DNA of 64,000 nucleotides from an uncultured Chloroflexia bacterium (GCA_963810095.1 CAWEMM010000006.1:1024001-1088000); one strand, 5' to 3'; shown: positions 52,015 through 63,727, numbered from the stretch's first letter. Numbers and translations are program-made. The notes: generated by a model from the letters alone, not told the origin.

Positions 52015-52872
52015 TCACCGGCGTTCGGCCTGGAGGCGCTGCAGGTACTGGATGCTCTGCTCCACCGCAACATCCTCGTCTGTGACCTCGGGGTGCGCGT
52101 AGTCCAACTCGACGGCAAACAGTCCCTGGTAGCCCGTGCCCAGCAGCGCATCGACCAGCGCAGGCATGTCGATCACCCCCTGGCCGACGGGGACGCAGGC
52201 GAAGAAGTACCACTCCTTCGGGCTGACGCCGTACACCGGCTTGACGTCCTTCGTGTGGGTCGCGAAGACGTGCTTGCCGAGCAGTCGGGCCGACTCGACC
52301 GGGTCGTCGCCGATCCGCAGCGAGTTCCCCGTATCAAAGCACATGCCAAAGTGGGGGGAGTCCACCCGCTCGATGAGGTCCACAAACTCGTCCGTCGTGA
52401 AGTCAAAGTGGTTCTCCACTGCCAGCTTCACGCCTTCGCCCTCGGCCACCGCCGCGGCTTCCTTAAAGATGCCTGTGAGCGCCTGAAGCTGCGGCTCGTG
52501 CGGGTCGTTGCGATAGTCGAGGCTGGAGCCGACCACGCGCATCACGTTCGCGCCCAAGACGTGACAGACCTGGAACATCCGCCGCAGTTCGGCCATGGCC
52601 TGCGGCGCCTTGCCGCCCTCGAAGCCCTTCGGGTGTCCCCAGGCAACCACCGGCTCCATCCCGGCGCCGTCGATGATCTCTTTCAGGCCCTGCAGGTAGG
52701 CGTCCTCATAACTCTCGAAAAAACAGGTTTCCAGCGAGACGCCGTCGACCTTAAGCTCGGCCGCTCGCCGGAGAAAGTCGACGTAGGTCATCCGCCGGTT
52801 TGGCTCGCCCAGCGGGCCGTAGACTTCGCCAAAAAAGCGATGATAGCAGTAGCTGTCGATACCGACCTTCAT
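52015..52872 (-). CDS. Sugar phosphate isomerase/epimerase (xylose isomerase-like TIM barrel)
   Basis: LAVENH, FDTGN, THTKD, GQGVID, AVE. Confidence 0.88.
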   Translation of the reverse strand: MKVGIDSYCYHRFFGEVYGPLGEPNRRMTYVDFLRRAAELKVDGVSLETCFFESYEDAYLQGLKEIIDGAGMEPVVAWGHPKGFEGGKAPQAMAELRRMFQVCHVLGANVMRVVGSSLDYRNDPHEPQLQALTGIFKEAAAVAEGEGVKLAVENHFDFTTDEFVDLIERVDSPHFGMCFDTGNSLRIGDDPVESARLLGKHVFATHTKDVKPVYGVSPKEWYFFACVPVGQGVIDMPALVDALLGTGYQGLFAVELDYAHPEVTDEDVAVEQSIQYLQRLQAERR

Positions 52873-52973
52873 GGTTCTCTCCTTGTCTGTTCTTTCGACC
52901 TCGCCGGCGCTCCCCGTGGGTGGGGAGCGCCGGGTCAAAACTCGTACCGGCAAGGCTGGGCGTGGTGGGGCGG

Positions 52974-54053
52974 CTAATGGCCCCGCGCCGCCCACTGCGA
53001 CACCCGCTTCAGGATGCTGTGTTCCTCTTCTTCGTCGTCCGAAGCCATGGTCAGCAGAATGCCCTTCGGCTCGACGGCTGCGACAAAGTCCTCGAGTTCG
53101 CCGTGCGTCAGGTCGACCATGACCGACTTGCCTGCCGCCTGGATGCGCTTGATCAGTGGAACCCACTGCATGATTGGCAGGTCGTCGCCCATCCCCTGCA
53201 CCCATTGGATCGCGTGCAGGTTGGGCAGTTCCAGAATGCGATCGAGGTGCCGGGCCACTCCTTTGCCGTCGACATGATAGACGTTATGGGTCATGTGCAC
53301 CATTTCGCGGCGATTCAGCTCCCACTGGTATTTCATGAACTGCCGGGTGGAGATCATGAACGCGAAATCGCAGCTCGGAATGTGCATCTTGCCAAACGAA
53401 GGAATGCCCATCCACGTCACCGACGGCTGCCCCTTCTCCTTCAGCATGGCATCGAAGTGGTCGAAGACCTGGAGAAACTCGCCCGCGATCTGGTCGAGCA
53501 TGGGGAGCGGCGCCTCGGGGTCGTCGGCCAGGTCCCACAGCAGGGCGTCGGTGCCCCGCAGCGCCGCCAGGCAGTCCAGTCCGCCGTGCAGGTCTGCGTA
53601 GCCCACCAGGAACTTGCCCTCGCACTGTTCGAGGGCGCAGCGGGTCATGCTCTCCAGGCACTTCATGACTGGGCTGTTCCAGTCGAGCACGAGCGGCCGG
53701 CTGTAGTCGGTCACAATGGGGCGCGACCAGCTCGTGACGTCGGCAAACTCGAGTGGACAGCCGTAGAACGCTGCCGACACCGCAGGGCCGAGGTTGGGCC
53801 AGAAGACCGGGAAAGTCTCGCCGTTGTAGTGTTTGCCCCGCACCTGCGTCATGAACTTCTCGAGCTGGTACTCCTCGTCGAACCATTTGTCTTTCAGCTC
53901 GCGCCACTCGGGCTTCCAGATGTTGTCGGCCGCCTCGAACTCCGCGTTGTGCCGCGTGAAGCGAACGGGTGGCCGGTCGATTATCTCCTGCTCGTACCAC
54001 GCATAGATGCGCTCCATGGCCTGGTTGAAGTCCGGCTTTGACTCCAGCTCCAT
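52974..54053 (-). CDS. URO-D-like TIM-barrel protein (second, divergent family member)
   Basis: DRPPV, PNLGP, DLHGGLD.LAALRG, SCDF...IS, YHVDG, IQWV.G. Confidence 0.65.
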   Translation of the reverse strand: MELESKPDFNQAMERIYAWYEQEIIDRPPVRFTRHNAEFEAADNIWKPEWRELKDKWFDEEYQLEKFMTQVRGKHYNGETFPVFWPNLGPAVSAAFYGCPLEFADVTSWSRPIVTDYSRPLVLDWNSPVMKCLESMTRCALEQCEGKFLVGYADLHGGLDCLAALRGTDALLWDLADDPEAPLPMLDQIAGEFLQVFDHFDAMLKEKGQPSVTWMGIPSFGKMHIPSCDFAFMISTRQFMKYQWELNRREMVHMTHNVYHVDGKGVARHLDRILELPNLHAIQWVQGMGDDLPIMQWVPLIKRIQAAGKSVMVDLTHGELEDFVAAVEPKGILLTMASDDEEEEHSILKRVSQWAARGH

Positions 54054-54090
54054 CTTGCACCCCACTGCCCCGATTTGGGTCTTGCTTCGG

Positions 54091-55771
54091 CTACGCTCGG
54101 ACTTCGGCCTTCAGCGCCTTAAGGCGTTTCATCACGTCGTTGCTCCCCCGCCCGAAGTAGTCGTGCAGGGTGACGTATTCGGCAAACAGCCTGTCGTAGA
54201 TCGCGGTCGCCTGCGGGTTCGGCGTATAACAGTCGTCACGCAGGGTCGCCATTCGCTCGGTCGCCTCGAAGATCGTGTCGTAGCCGCCGGCGCCCTTGCC
54301 TGCCGCGACTGCACCGTGCATTGCCGAGCCGAGGGCGCCGCCCTGGTGCGTGCCCGCCACTCGGATCGGCCGGCCGGTAACGTCCGCGTAGATCTGCATG
54401 AGCAGCTTGTTACGGTCTGGCAGGCCACCCGTTGCGACGATCTCGTGCACCGGCACATCGTGGTTCTGAAACGCCTCGATGATCACACGGGTGCCGTAGG
54501 CTGTCGCTTCGATCAACGCGCGATAAATCTCCTCGGGCTTGGTGAGCAACGTCATGCCCAGCATCATGCCAGTCAGGTCCACGTCGACCAGCACGCTGCG
54601 GTTGCCGTTCCACCAATCGAGCGCCAGTAGCCCGCTTTCGCCCGGCTTCAACTGGCCGGCCTTTTCCTCCAGCAGGTCGTGAACGCTCACCCCGCGTCCC
54701 TGTGCCTCCCGCTCGTAGGCGGCCGGCACGCACGTTCTCGGTGAACCACGCGAAGTGGTCGCCCACGCACGACTGGCCCGCCTCGTAACCGTAGAAGCCC
54801 GGGATGATGCCGTCCTGGACGTACCCGCACATCCCCGGCACAATCCGCTCTTCGGTGCCCAGCAGCATGTGGCAGTTCGACGTCCCCATGATGATCACCA
54901 TGCGCCCGGCCTCGCGCACCGTCGCGGCCGGCACTGCGGCGTGCGCATCGACGTTGGCCACGGCTACCGCCGTGCCCGGGCGCAGGCCGGTCCAGGCCGC
55001 GGCCTCCTCGGTCAGCCCGCCGGCGTTCTGGCCGAGCTCGGAGATCTCGCGCGCGAGCTTCTCGTCGACGAAGTGCTCCAGCCGCGGGTCGAGCGCCTTG
55101 AAGAAGGCGTTGGGGGGAAAGCCGTGCTCGCTTCGACCAGATGCCCTTATATCCCGCCGTCGTCAGGTTGCGGGTCTCGCGGCCGGTGAGCTGCCAAACG
55201 ACCCAGTCCGCCGCCTCGATCATCCGGTCGGCCGCCGCGTAGATGTCGGGCGCCTCGTCGAGGATTTGCCAGGCCTTTGGCACGAACCACTCGGAGGAGA
55301 TTTTGCCGCCGTAGCGCTGCAGGAAGTCGTAGCCCTCGCGCTCGGCGATCTCATTGAGCTTGTTCGCCTCCGGCTGGGCCGCGTGGTGCTTCCACAGCTT
55401 GACCCAGGCGTGCGGGCGGTTGCGGAATTCGGGCAGGAAGCACAGCGGCGTGCCGTCGGCCTTCACCGGCAGCATGGTGCACGCCGTGAAGTCGATGCCC
55501 AGCCCGATCACATCGTCCGGGCTGACCCCGCTTTCCTTCAGGACGGCGGGAATCTGCGTGCTTGAAGACTTCCAGGTAATCGTTGGGGTCTTGCAGCGCC
55601 CAATCGGGTTCGAGCCGGGCGCCGCCGGCCGATTGCGGGCAGCCGTTCGTCGATGACGCCATTCGCGTAGGGGTGGACGTGCGTAGCGACTTCGCGGCCG
55701 TCCGCAACGTCGACCAGGAGCGCTCGGCCCGACTCCGTGCCGAAATCAACGCCGATAGTGTATTTGCTCAT
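54091..55771 (-). CDS. araB: Ribulokinase (FGGY family), about 4 apparent frameshifts
   Basis: [63 protein letters not shown] across frames. Confidence 0.88.
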
Positions 55772-55811
55772 GCGATGAACCTCGGTGTGACAGAGTAATG
55801 TGCATCGATAA

Positions 55812-56374
55812 TCACCAAACCCGCTCGAGGCGGGCCACCATTGCCTCAGGCGCAATTTGCCCGTTCCAGGCGTCCCGAATCATACCCTTCACGGTCGATG
55901 ATAAAGCTGGTGGGCAGCGGCCGGACGCCGAAAAGCTGCGTTGTAACGTGCCCGTCGCGGTCGAGGAGGATCGGGAAGGCCAAGCCGGTTTGCTCCACGA
56001 ATGCCTTGACCGTCTCTGGGTCTTCCTCCACGTTCACGCCCAGCACGACGAAATCCTTGTCCGCGCCATACTGTCGATGCAGCGCGTCCAGGTCGGGCAT
56101 CTCGGCCTTGCACGGGGGGCACCAGGTGGCCCAGAAATTCAGGAGCACGACCTTGCCGCGCAGGTCGGACAGGCTGACCGTCTTCCCGTCGACGCGTCTT
56201 CAGCGCGAAATCGGGCGCCCGCGACTGCGACACGCCGGCCAACGCGGGCTTCGACTGCTCGGCCACCCGTGCGGCCGCATCGTGGCGCGCCGACAGCCAC
56301 CACCACAGCCCGATCGCGACCGTGACGGTGGTCAGCGCAACCAGGAGCCAGAAGAATGGGCGCTTCGACATCAT
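55812..56374 (-). CDS. TlpA/ResA-family thiol:disulfide redoxin, membrane-anchored (2 apparent frameshifts)
   Basis: N-terminal [33 protein letters not shown]. Confidence 0.88.
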
Positions 56375-56467
56375 GGCGCCCAAGGCCGCCGCGCAATCAT
56401 GGGCAGCTCACGCGGTGCGGCCGGTAGGCGCTTGCGGCAAATCCTGTAACCCCATCCCGTCCGCGTC

Positions 56468-56906
56468 CTATTCTGCACCTGCGGTGCTGAACGCTTCCAC
56501 CCGGCAGCTGCGGGTGACCTCGGCCACGCCCCGCACCGTCGCAATCGCGCCGCAGTAGGTCGTCTCGGACAGTTCGGCGGCCCGCTCGAGCGCCTTTAGC
56601 TCGACGTCGCCGTACGCCACATACTCCAGGTGAATGCGCGTGTATTTCTTCGGATGTTCGGGCGACCGTTCGAACGTGGCGAATAATCTTGAAGTCCTGA
56701 GGCTCCTGCCGCTTCTTCCGGAGGATGCTCAGGACGTCCATCGCCGTGCAGCTCATGACGCCCATCAGCAGCACTTCCATCGGGCCGGGCGGCCGAGTCC
56801 GTACCCGCCGCTGTCCGTCCCGGCATCGACGACAACCGTGTGCCCGGACGCGCCGGCGCCCTCGAACTTCATCCCGCCTTTCCACGATCAGCTCTGCTGT
56901 GCCCAT
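56468..56906 (-). CDS. OsmC-family protein (several apparent frameshifts)
   Basis: PMEVLL....SCTAMDV.SIL.KKRQ; HPKKYTRIHLEY; SETTYC across frames. Confidence 0.78.
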
Positions 56907-56974
56907 CGGTCTACCTTTCTCTATGTCCCGCACTCCACATCCGTCTTGGCACCAATGCTCATCCCGACTCCAGC

Positions 56975-58282
56975 TATCGATCAGCGCGAGCGCCTCGTCG
57001 ACGATCTGCGGTCGATGCATCGGGCCGCGCCATCGCCTTTGCCTGGCAGCCCATCATTTCAAGCGTGGGGTTGCCCGGCCGGAGCAGCTCGCTCGACCAC
57101 CGCCGCAATCCCTTCGATCTCATGCTCGTAGATGCCCGCGCCGTTCTTGACGACCCACGACACGTTGCCGATTTCCTGGCCGGGTACGAAGTCGGTGATG
57201 ACGACCGGAACGCCCAGGCAAGCGGCTTCGGCCAACATCCCCGGCCCGGCCTTCGTCAGCAGCACGTCGCACGCGGCCATCCACTGCGCCATGTTATCGA
57301 CAAAACCCAGCACCTGCACGGGCACGGGCCATTTTTGCCGCTTGAGCCGCCGGTAAAGTTCCTTGTTGCGGCCGGCGATGATGGCGATCTGGACGTCCCG
57401 CTCTTGTTGGGCCAGCAGCTTAGCCAGCGCCCGCGCCATTGGCACGATCCGCCCGATCCCCGCGCCGCCGCCCGACACCAGGATAAGCGGCTTCTTCGGC
57501 GCCAGGCCCAGGCGCGCCCGCATGTCCTGCTTGTCATGCCCCTGCATCTTGCCAAAGGCCAGGCGGATCGGCAGCCCGATGAGCTTGAGGCGTGTCGGAT
57601 CAAAGCCGCACGAGAGCCCGGTTTGGTACGCCGGCTCAGTCGCGACGACACAAAGGTCGACGTCGGGACAGAACCACGCCAGCGGCGCCGTCACGGGATC
57701 GGTGACCACGGTCATGAACGGCACCCGCTGTCCGATCTCGGCCATGTACCAGAGGGGCATCTCGATCTGCAGGGGATGGACGCTGATAAACAGGTCGGCG
57801 TCCTCGGGCCGGATCACGGTGGAAACATACTTCTTTAGCAGGGGGTACATTGCCTTCTGGGTTGCCACCACCCGCTCGCGCGACTCGCCGAAACGATACA
57901 CCATGCGGTAGAGCCACGGGGTGTAGTTGACCCAAGGGGCGTATGTGGGACCCAGCGTGTTCAACGGAAAGGGCGCGTGCTCGTCGATCATGCTGACCTG
58001 CGACACGAGCGCCTTGCCCTCCAGCGCTTCGGAGAGACTGCGGGAGGCCGCCCGGTGCCCGCCCCCCACGTTTGCGGTGAGGATCGTGATGCGGGGCAGC
58101 GCGCCTGTGTTGACCCGTGGCCCCCTCGTCTCCAGCCCACGCGAACGGGACAGCCCGCGAATCCGCCTCTCGAAGGGCCGGCGAACAACCACTTCGCCCG
58201 CCATCGCACTAGGAGACGCTTCGGGTCCCGACTCGTAGCCGGTCGCAAGGTATTTCATTGCCAGCCTTTGCGCCATTGACAT
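56975..58282 (-). CDS. MGDG synthase/UgtP-family diacylglycerol glycosyltransferase (GT28); both ends uncertain, frameshifts near C-terminus
   Basis: GGGHRAAS, ISVHP, VVTD, GLPIR, GGGAG, LGFVDNM, TKAGPG..AEA, PGQE.GN. Confidence 0.85.
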
Positions 58283-58312
58283 GACGTAACACCCTCATGC
58301 CCTGCGTCCTTG

Positions 58313-59560
58313 TTATGCAGGACGCAGGAACTCCATGGCAAGCTGCGCGTAGCCGCGTGCGGCGAGCGCAATGTCGTCGACCCGCACATGCTCATCCGCG
58401 GTGTGTGCGTGGCGTTCGTCGCCGGGGCCGAACCCGATCGTGGGGATGCCTCGATCCCCCATCGTGTACGCCCCGTCCGTCGAAAACGGCCAGAAACCCG
58501 TGCGCGGCTTCGCGCCCAGAGCCCGCTCGACCGCGCGCATGGCCCTGCGCGCGACCGGATCCTCTTCCGGTAGCAGCCACGGCGGAAAGTACTTGCGGCC
58601 AGACGCGGCGTAGCCCGTGTAAGTCGTCATTTCGTAGGTCAGCGTCGATACGTCCGCTCGGATCCGCTCGCGGTTGACGATGCTCTGCAGCTCCGCGATT
58701 GCCCGGGCTTCAGTTTCGCCCAGCGTCAGCCGCCGGTCGACGATCAGCTCGCACAGGTCGGGGATCGAGTTAAGGCTGCCCGCGTTCGAGCCGATGTGAG
58801 TGACGGCAACGGTCCCCGCACCCAATTGCCCGGAGCCGCCCGCGCCTGCGGGCTGCAGCTGCATTCCCAGCAGCTCGATGCCGAAGATCAGCCGGGCTGC
58901 GGCAGAGATCGCGTTGACGCCGGCCTGCGGCAGTGCCGCGTGCCCGGCCTTGCCGTGCGTCTCCACTCTCAGTTCGACGCGCCCACGCTGCCCCAGGTAG
59001 ACGCCCAGATTCGTGGGCTCGCCCAGCACCACTACATCCGCACGGACCCCCTCCTCTTCGAGCAGGTGGCGGACGGCTACCCCCTCGCAGGGCTCCTCCT
59101 GGACGACGCAAGCGACGACGATGTCGCCGTTCAAGGCCGGCAAACGGCCTGCCGTCTCCTCGTCTGCCAGCCACTTCACGCCATGCAGCATGGCGGCAAG
59201 CGCGCTCTTCATGTCGGCAGTGCCACGGCCGTACATCAGCCGGCCCTCCGCCGTCATCTCAATGTCGGCGCCGAACGGATCGTGCTGCCACGCATGCCGG
59301 TCCCCGATGTCCACGGTGTCCATGTGGCCATCAAAGAGCAGGGTGAAAGGCGGCGGACCGCCGTAGCCGCGCGTGCCGCGCCCGTGGTAGCACCCGATCA
59401 CGTTGCCCGCCCGATCGGTCCAGACCTCGTGGAAGCCGCACCGCTTCATCTCGCCGCTGAGCAAAGCAGCAACACGCCCCTCTTCCCCCGGCAGACTGGG
59501 CGTCCGAACTAACTCGCGCGCCAGCGCCACCACCGGCGCCTCGTCCGCCGTTCGTTCCAC
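58313..59560 (-). CDS. M20 metallo-hydrolase, YgeY-like
   Basis: FDGHMDTV, GRGTADMK, VQEE.CEG, EPT.L....GQRGR, WPFSTDG, GFGPG.E..AH..DE. Confidence 0.85.
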   Translation of the reverse strand: MERTADEAPVVALARELVRTPSLPGEEGRVAALLSGEMKRCGFHEVWTDRAGNVIGCYHGRGTRGYGGPPPFTLLFDGHMDTVDIGDRHAWQHDPFGADIEMTAEGRLMYGRGTADMKSALAAMLHGVKWLADEETAGRLPALNGDIVVACVVQEEPCEGVAVRHLLEEEGVRADVVVLGEPTNLGVYLGQRGRVELRVETHGKAGHAALPQAGVNAISAAARLIFGIELLGMQLQPAGAGGSGQLGAGTVAVTHIGSNAGSLNSIPDLCELIVDRRLTLGETEARAIAELQSIVNRERIRADVSTLTYEMTTYTGYAASGRKYFPPWLLPEEDPVARRAMRAVERALGAKPRTGFWPFSTDGAYTMGDRGIPTIGFGPGDERHAHTADEHVRVDDIALAARGYAQLAMEFLRPA

Positions 59561-59657
59561 TTCCGCGCCATAGCCCGCTGTCCCGGTCCGCGCCTCAGGC
59601 GGCGCGCCACGGCCCGCGCATCCTCAACATGACTCGTTGCAGCCATCTGGTCGTCTC

Positions 59658-61269
59658 CTAGTAAGCGCCGTCACCGAAGATAAACTGGGGCACGGTGCGG
59701 AGGATGATGCGCAAGTCCATGCCGAGTGACCAGTTCTCCGCGTAGTAAATATCCAACATCACCATTTCGTCGAAGGTCAGCTCGCTGCGCCCGCTCACCT
59801 GCCACAAGCCGGTAATTCCCGGGAGCACGGCCAATCGCTTACGGTGCCAGTCCTGGTATTGCGCCACCTCGCTGGCCAAACCCGGCCGCGGGCCCACCAT
59901 GCTCATGTCTCCCGAAAGGACATTGATAAACTGCGGGAGCTCGTCCAGGCTGGTGCGGCGGATGAAACGCCCAACGCGGGTCCTGCGGGGGTCGTCTCGA
60001 ATCTTAAACAGCGGACCAGCAGCTTCGTTGCGCTCACGCAGCTTTTCAAGCTGTTCCTCCGCATCGACATGCATGGAACGGAACTTGAAAAGCGTGAAAG
60101 GCCGTCCGTACAACCCCACCCGTTCCTGGCGGAACAGGATCGGACCCGGCGAATCGAGGCGGATGGCGAGTGCGATCAGGGCCCAAAGCGGGGAAATGAG
60201 CACGAGCGCCGTGCCCGCGACGAGCAGATCGACCCCCCGCTTCAGGGTCTTGTTGAAGCCCGTCAGGGCGCTGCCCTTCACGCTGATCAGCGGAATCCCG
60301 TTGATGGCTTCTACGTCGACCCCGCCCAGGCTGAGTTGAAACAGGTCGGGCACCACCCGGGCACGGATGCCGAACTGCTCGGCTTCCGTCACGAGGCGGA
60401 TGACCTTCCGGTGGTACTGCCAGGGCAGGGTGATGATGACCTGTGCGATGTCGTTCTGGGCGATCGCGTCGGGCAGTGCGTCGAGCGTGCCCAGCGCTCG
60501 AATGGGGCCAATGTCCGCGCCGCTCTTGGCTGGGTCATCGTCGAGGAATCCGACGACCCGGTATCCAAGCTCGGGCTGTGCAATCAGGTTCCGCATGACC
60601 GTGCGGCCCACTTCGCCCGCGCCGATAATCAGCACGCGGTCGACGCCTTTACCCGAGGCGCGCAGGCGGGCCAGCATCATGTTGCGCACCACGCCGCGCC
60701 AGGCCCAGCAGGAAGATGATCAGGATGCCCGCATAGATGAAGATGAACCGGGAATAGAACAGGCGGCGGTAGAAGAAGACTACGACCACCATGATCATGA
60801 TGGCGGTGGTCGTCGCATTGAGCAGGCCGTACAGATCGTCGAACAGCGGCCGGCCCTTCCGCACATCATACGCGCCTTCACGCCGGTTCGTCAGCACCAG
60901 CAGCACGGTGAGGATGGCAACCATGGGCAGGTAGACCGTGTAGGGGACGTTGTTGGCCGGGTCGACGGAGCGGAACAGCTGGAGATCGTAACGCAGCCAG
61001 TACGCGATCAGGAACGCGACGTTGATCAGCACGACGTCGGTGACCAGGGTCACCCAAGGCAGCCAGGCGCGCACGTCGCTGGCCGGAACGCCCGCCGGGG
61101 CCTGAACGGCGTTCCCCGCCCCTGGCACACGAGCATCCTGCCAGTTCGAGCGCGCCGGCTGACTCACACCCGCCGGCAGTGGGACCGGCGGAATGGCGTC
61201 AGGAACCCGAACACCGGAGCCGGTTTCAGCGGGCGTAGCGGCATCGGGCGCCAGGTCGTCGCGGGTCAT
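59658..61269 (-). CDS. Undecaprenyl-phosphate glycosyl-1-phosphate transferase (WcaJ/CpsE-like; apparent frameshift near 60694)
   Basis: N-terminal TMs; LIIGAG; KR..D, FKFRSM, DPR.T.VG.FIR.TSLDELPQ..NV..GDMS.VGPRP, PGITGLWQVSGR. Confidence 0.93.
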
Positions 61270-62445
61270 CGCGCTTGTCCCCCGAGTACCTCGCGGTAGA
61301 CGGCGGCGGTTTCACCGGCCGTACGCGACCAGGGGAATTGGCTCGCCTGGCGCGGGCCGGCTTCTGAGAGCGCCGCCGCGCAGATCGGGTTCGCAAAGCA
61401 CCCGCTCCATCGCGCTTACCAGGCTTTCCTTATCATACGGGTCGACCAATATGGCAGCATCGCCGGCGACCTCCGGGAGAGAAGATACGTTCGAAGTAAT
61501 GGTGGGCGTCCCACACGCCATGGCCTCGAGCACGGGCAGCCCGAATCCCTCGAAGAGCGAGGGAAAGACGAACAATGTCGCCGCCCGGTACCACCAGGGT
61601 AATTCGTCGTTGGGCACGTACCCCGTGAAGAGCACTTCGTCGATCAAGCCAAGCTGTGTCACCCGGGTAAAGAGGCTCTCATAGAACCAACCCTTGCCCC
61701 CGGCGATGATGAGCTTGGGAACGGCGCTGCCGGCTCCTCCGGCAATCCCGCGCTCCCTCAGTTGAGCGTACGCCTCGATAAGCTGCCCGATATTCTTCCG
61801 CGGCTCGAGCGTGCCCAGGAACAGGATGAATCGCTCGGGCAGGCCCTTGCGCCGCCGAAAGGCGTCGATCGACGCGGCCGCCGCGGGAGTGAACGCGTCG
61901 CTCACGCCGTAGGGCACGATGACCACACGTTCGGGCGGGGCGTCGCAGAGCTCGATCACGTCGCGGCGGGTGCTCTCTGCCCCAACGATGACCCGTGCGG
62001 CCCGTTTGACCGACAGCCGGGTGAACGTGCTGAGGTAGAGCCGGTTGGTCGGGCGAAACGCGTCCGGGAAGCGCAGGAAGCTCAGGTCATGGACGGTGAC
62101 GACCGTCGGACAGGCCGCAGCCAGCGGGACCGCGAAGGCCGTGGCATGCAGCAGGTCCAGCTTGCGGCTCGCGCGCGCCAGCACGGTCTGCTCCCACAGA
62201 ATCCTGCGCCATGGGTTCGTCGTATCCCAGCGGCTCCGCTCTACCCGCAAATCGCGCGGGGCGCGAAATGCCGGATCGTGGAGGTACGCGACGAACTCCA
62301 ACGCCGGTGCGGTATGCGCAAGCGCCGGCAAGCCGTTGAGCAGCTCGAAGATATAACCGTTGATTCCGGCGGCGCGATACGTCTGCGTTAGCGAGAGCAA
62401 GTGCGCGTCCAACCCTACGCGCCACGCCCTACTGTGACCCGTCAC
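61266..62445 (-). CDS. Glycosyltransferase family 4 (apparent frameshift near 61375; GTG start inferred)
   Basis: VVTVHDL, GTLEPRKN, PSLFEGFGLPVLEAMACG; corrected frame ends overlapping the next ATG. Confidence 0.9.
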
Positions 62446-62501
62446 GTCCGGCATTATAGCACCACCCCGCTAACCACCCAACTGCCTAGTGCGCCCGGTC
62501 C

Positions 62502-63632
62502 CTAGCGTGTCAGCGTTTCGTAGACCCTCGCCGTGGCCTGGGCCACCTGCGCCTGGGTGAAGCGGGCCAGCACCCGGGCCCGCCCGCGAGCCGCAAGCCC
62601 CGCCCGGTGGGTGTCATCGTCGATCAGGCCCTGCAGGACCTGGCTCAGTGCCGCAACATCGCCCTCGGGAAACAGCACGCCGGCGTCGCCAATGACCCAC
62701 GGGATTTCGCCACTAAGCGATCCGACCACTGCGACGCCGCACGCCATCGCTTCGATCAGCACGCGGCCGAACTGTTCGACCCAGTTCGGGCGGCTAAGCG
62801 AAGGCAAAACTAGAACGTCGAGCTGCCGGTAGTATTGCGGCGCCTCCGTCGAGGGAACGCGGCCCAGGAACTCGACCTGTTGGGCAATGCCGAGCTCGGC
62901 CGCCTGGGCCTCAAGCGCGGCGCGCTCGGGACCGTCGCCCAGCACCCGGAGCATCCACGCCCCGGGCTGCAGCCGCGCGCAGGCCGCCAGCAGCACGTCG
63001 ACGCCTTTTTCCGGCACCAGCCGCCCCGCGTATCCAATCACCGTTTTGTGTCGTTTATCTGTCAGGTCGCGGGGGCCCGGTGAGAAAAGCGCGGGATCGA
63101 CGCCAAACTGCGGAATGACTTCGACCGGCCCCGCGTAGCCCTTGGCGCGCAGCACGTCCACCGCGGTCGGATTACCGGCAATCGCGAAGCGCGCACGGTC
63201 ATAGTTGGCCAGCTCGAAACGCCGGAAGGGCCACGGGTACTGACGCTCGAGGTTTTGCCAGGTGAAGAAGAGGGCCGGAATCCCGAGCCGGTCGGCCGCT
63301 CGCAAGGCCAACCAGGTTGCCAGGTTGTACGGTTCCTCGTCCATGTGCAGCACGTCGGGCCGCCTTTCGGACAGGAGACGCGGGAGGCTTGGGTAATAGT
63401 GGAGGTGAAACTGGCCGTTGAGTCGCAGGGGTGCGGCGACCAGGTCATAGCCCGAGGTGTGGGCCCGCTCCAGGCGCGTCGTCGGCCCAAACAAGCCGTC
63501 GCGCCAGCCCTCGGGCACCACCGCCGTAAGCTCGATGCCGGGCTGCCGCGCGAGTTCCTCCAGCTTCCGCTGATAAGCGCCGACCACGAGCGCCTTGGAC
63601 ACCAGGAGAACTCTCAACTTGCTGCGCCTCAC
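62502..63632 (-). CDS. Glycosyltransferase family 4
   Basis: GYAGRLVPEKG, LPS....W.EQFGRVLIEAMACG. Confidence 0.92.
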   Translation of the reverse strand: MRRSKLRVLLVSKALVVGAYQRKLEELARQPGIELTAVVPEGWRDGLFGPTTRLERAHTSGYDLVAAPLRLNGQFHLHYYPSLPRLLSERRPDVLHMDEEPYNLATWLALRAADRLGIPALFFTWQNLERQYPWPFRRFELANYDRARFAIAGNPTAVDVLRAKGYAGPVEVIPQFGVDPALFSPGPRDLTDKRHKTVIGYAGRLVPEKGVDVLLAACARLQPGAWMLRVLGDGPERAALEAQAAELGIAQQVEFLGRVPSTEAPQYYRQLDVLVLPSLSRPNWVEQFGRVLIEAMACGVAVVGSLSGEIPWVIGDAGVLFPEGDVAALSQVLQGLIDDDTHRAGLAARGRARVLARFTQAQVAQATARVYETLTR

Positions 63633-63698
63633 CTAGACGGATTGCCGATAAGAAACGCCAACGGCTGGGAAAATAGGCCACAGGGATTGCAACGGCGC

Positions 63699-63727
63699 TT
63701 GATTTTCGAGACAGCATCGTGTATTAT
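63699..63727 (+). promoter_or_regulatory. Sigma70-type promoter for spoVS
   Basis: TTGATT-N17-TATTAT. Confidence 0.55.

Noticed and set aside
54091-57100. Cluster of pseudogenes (araB, tlpA, osmC, ugtP)
   Set aside because: Catalytic motifs are intact and only single-base indels are seen, consistent with sequencing error
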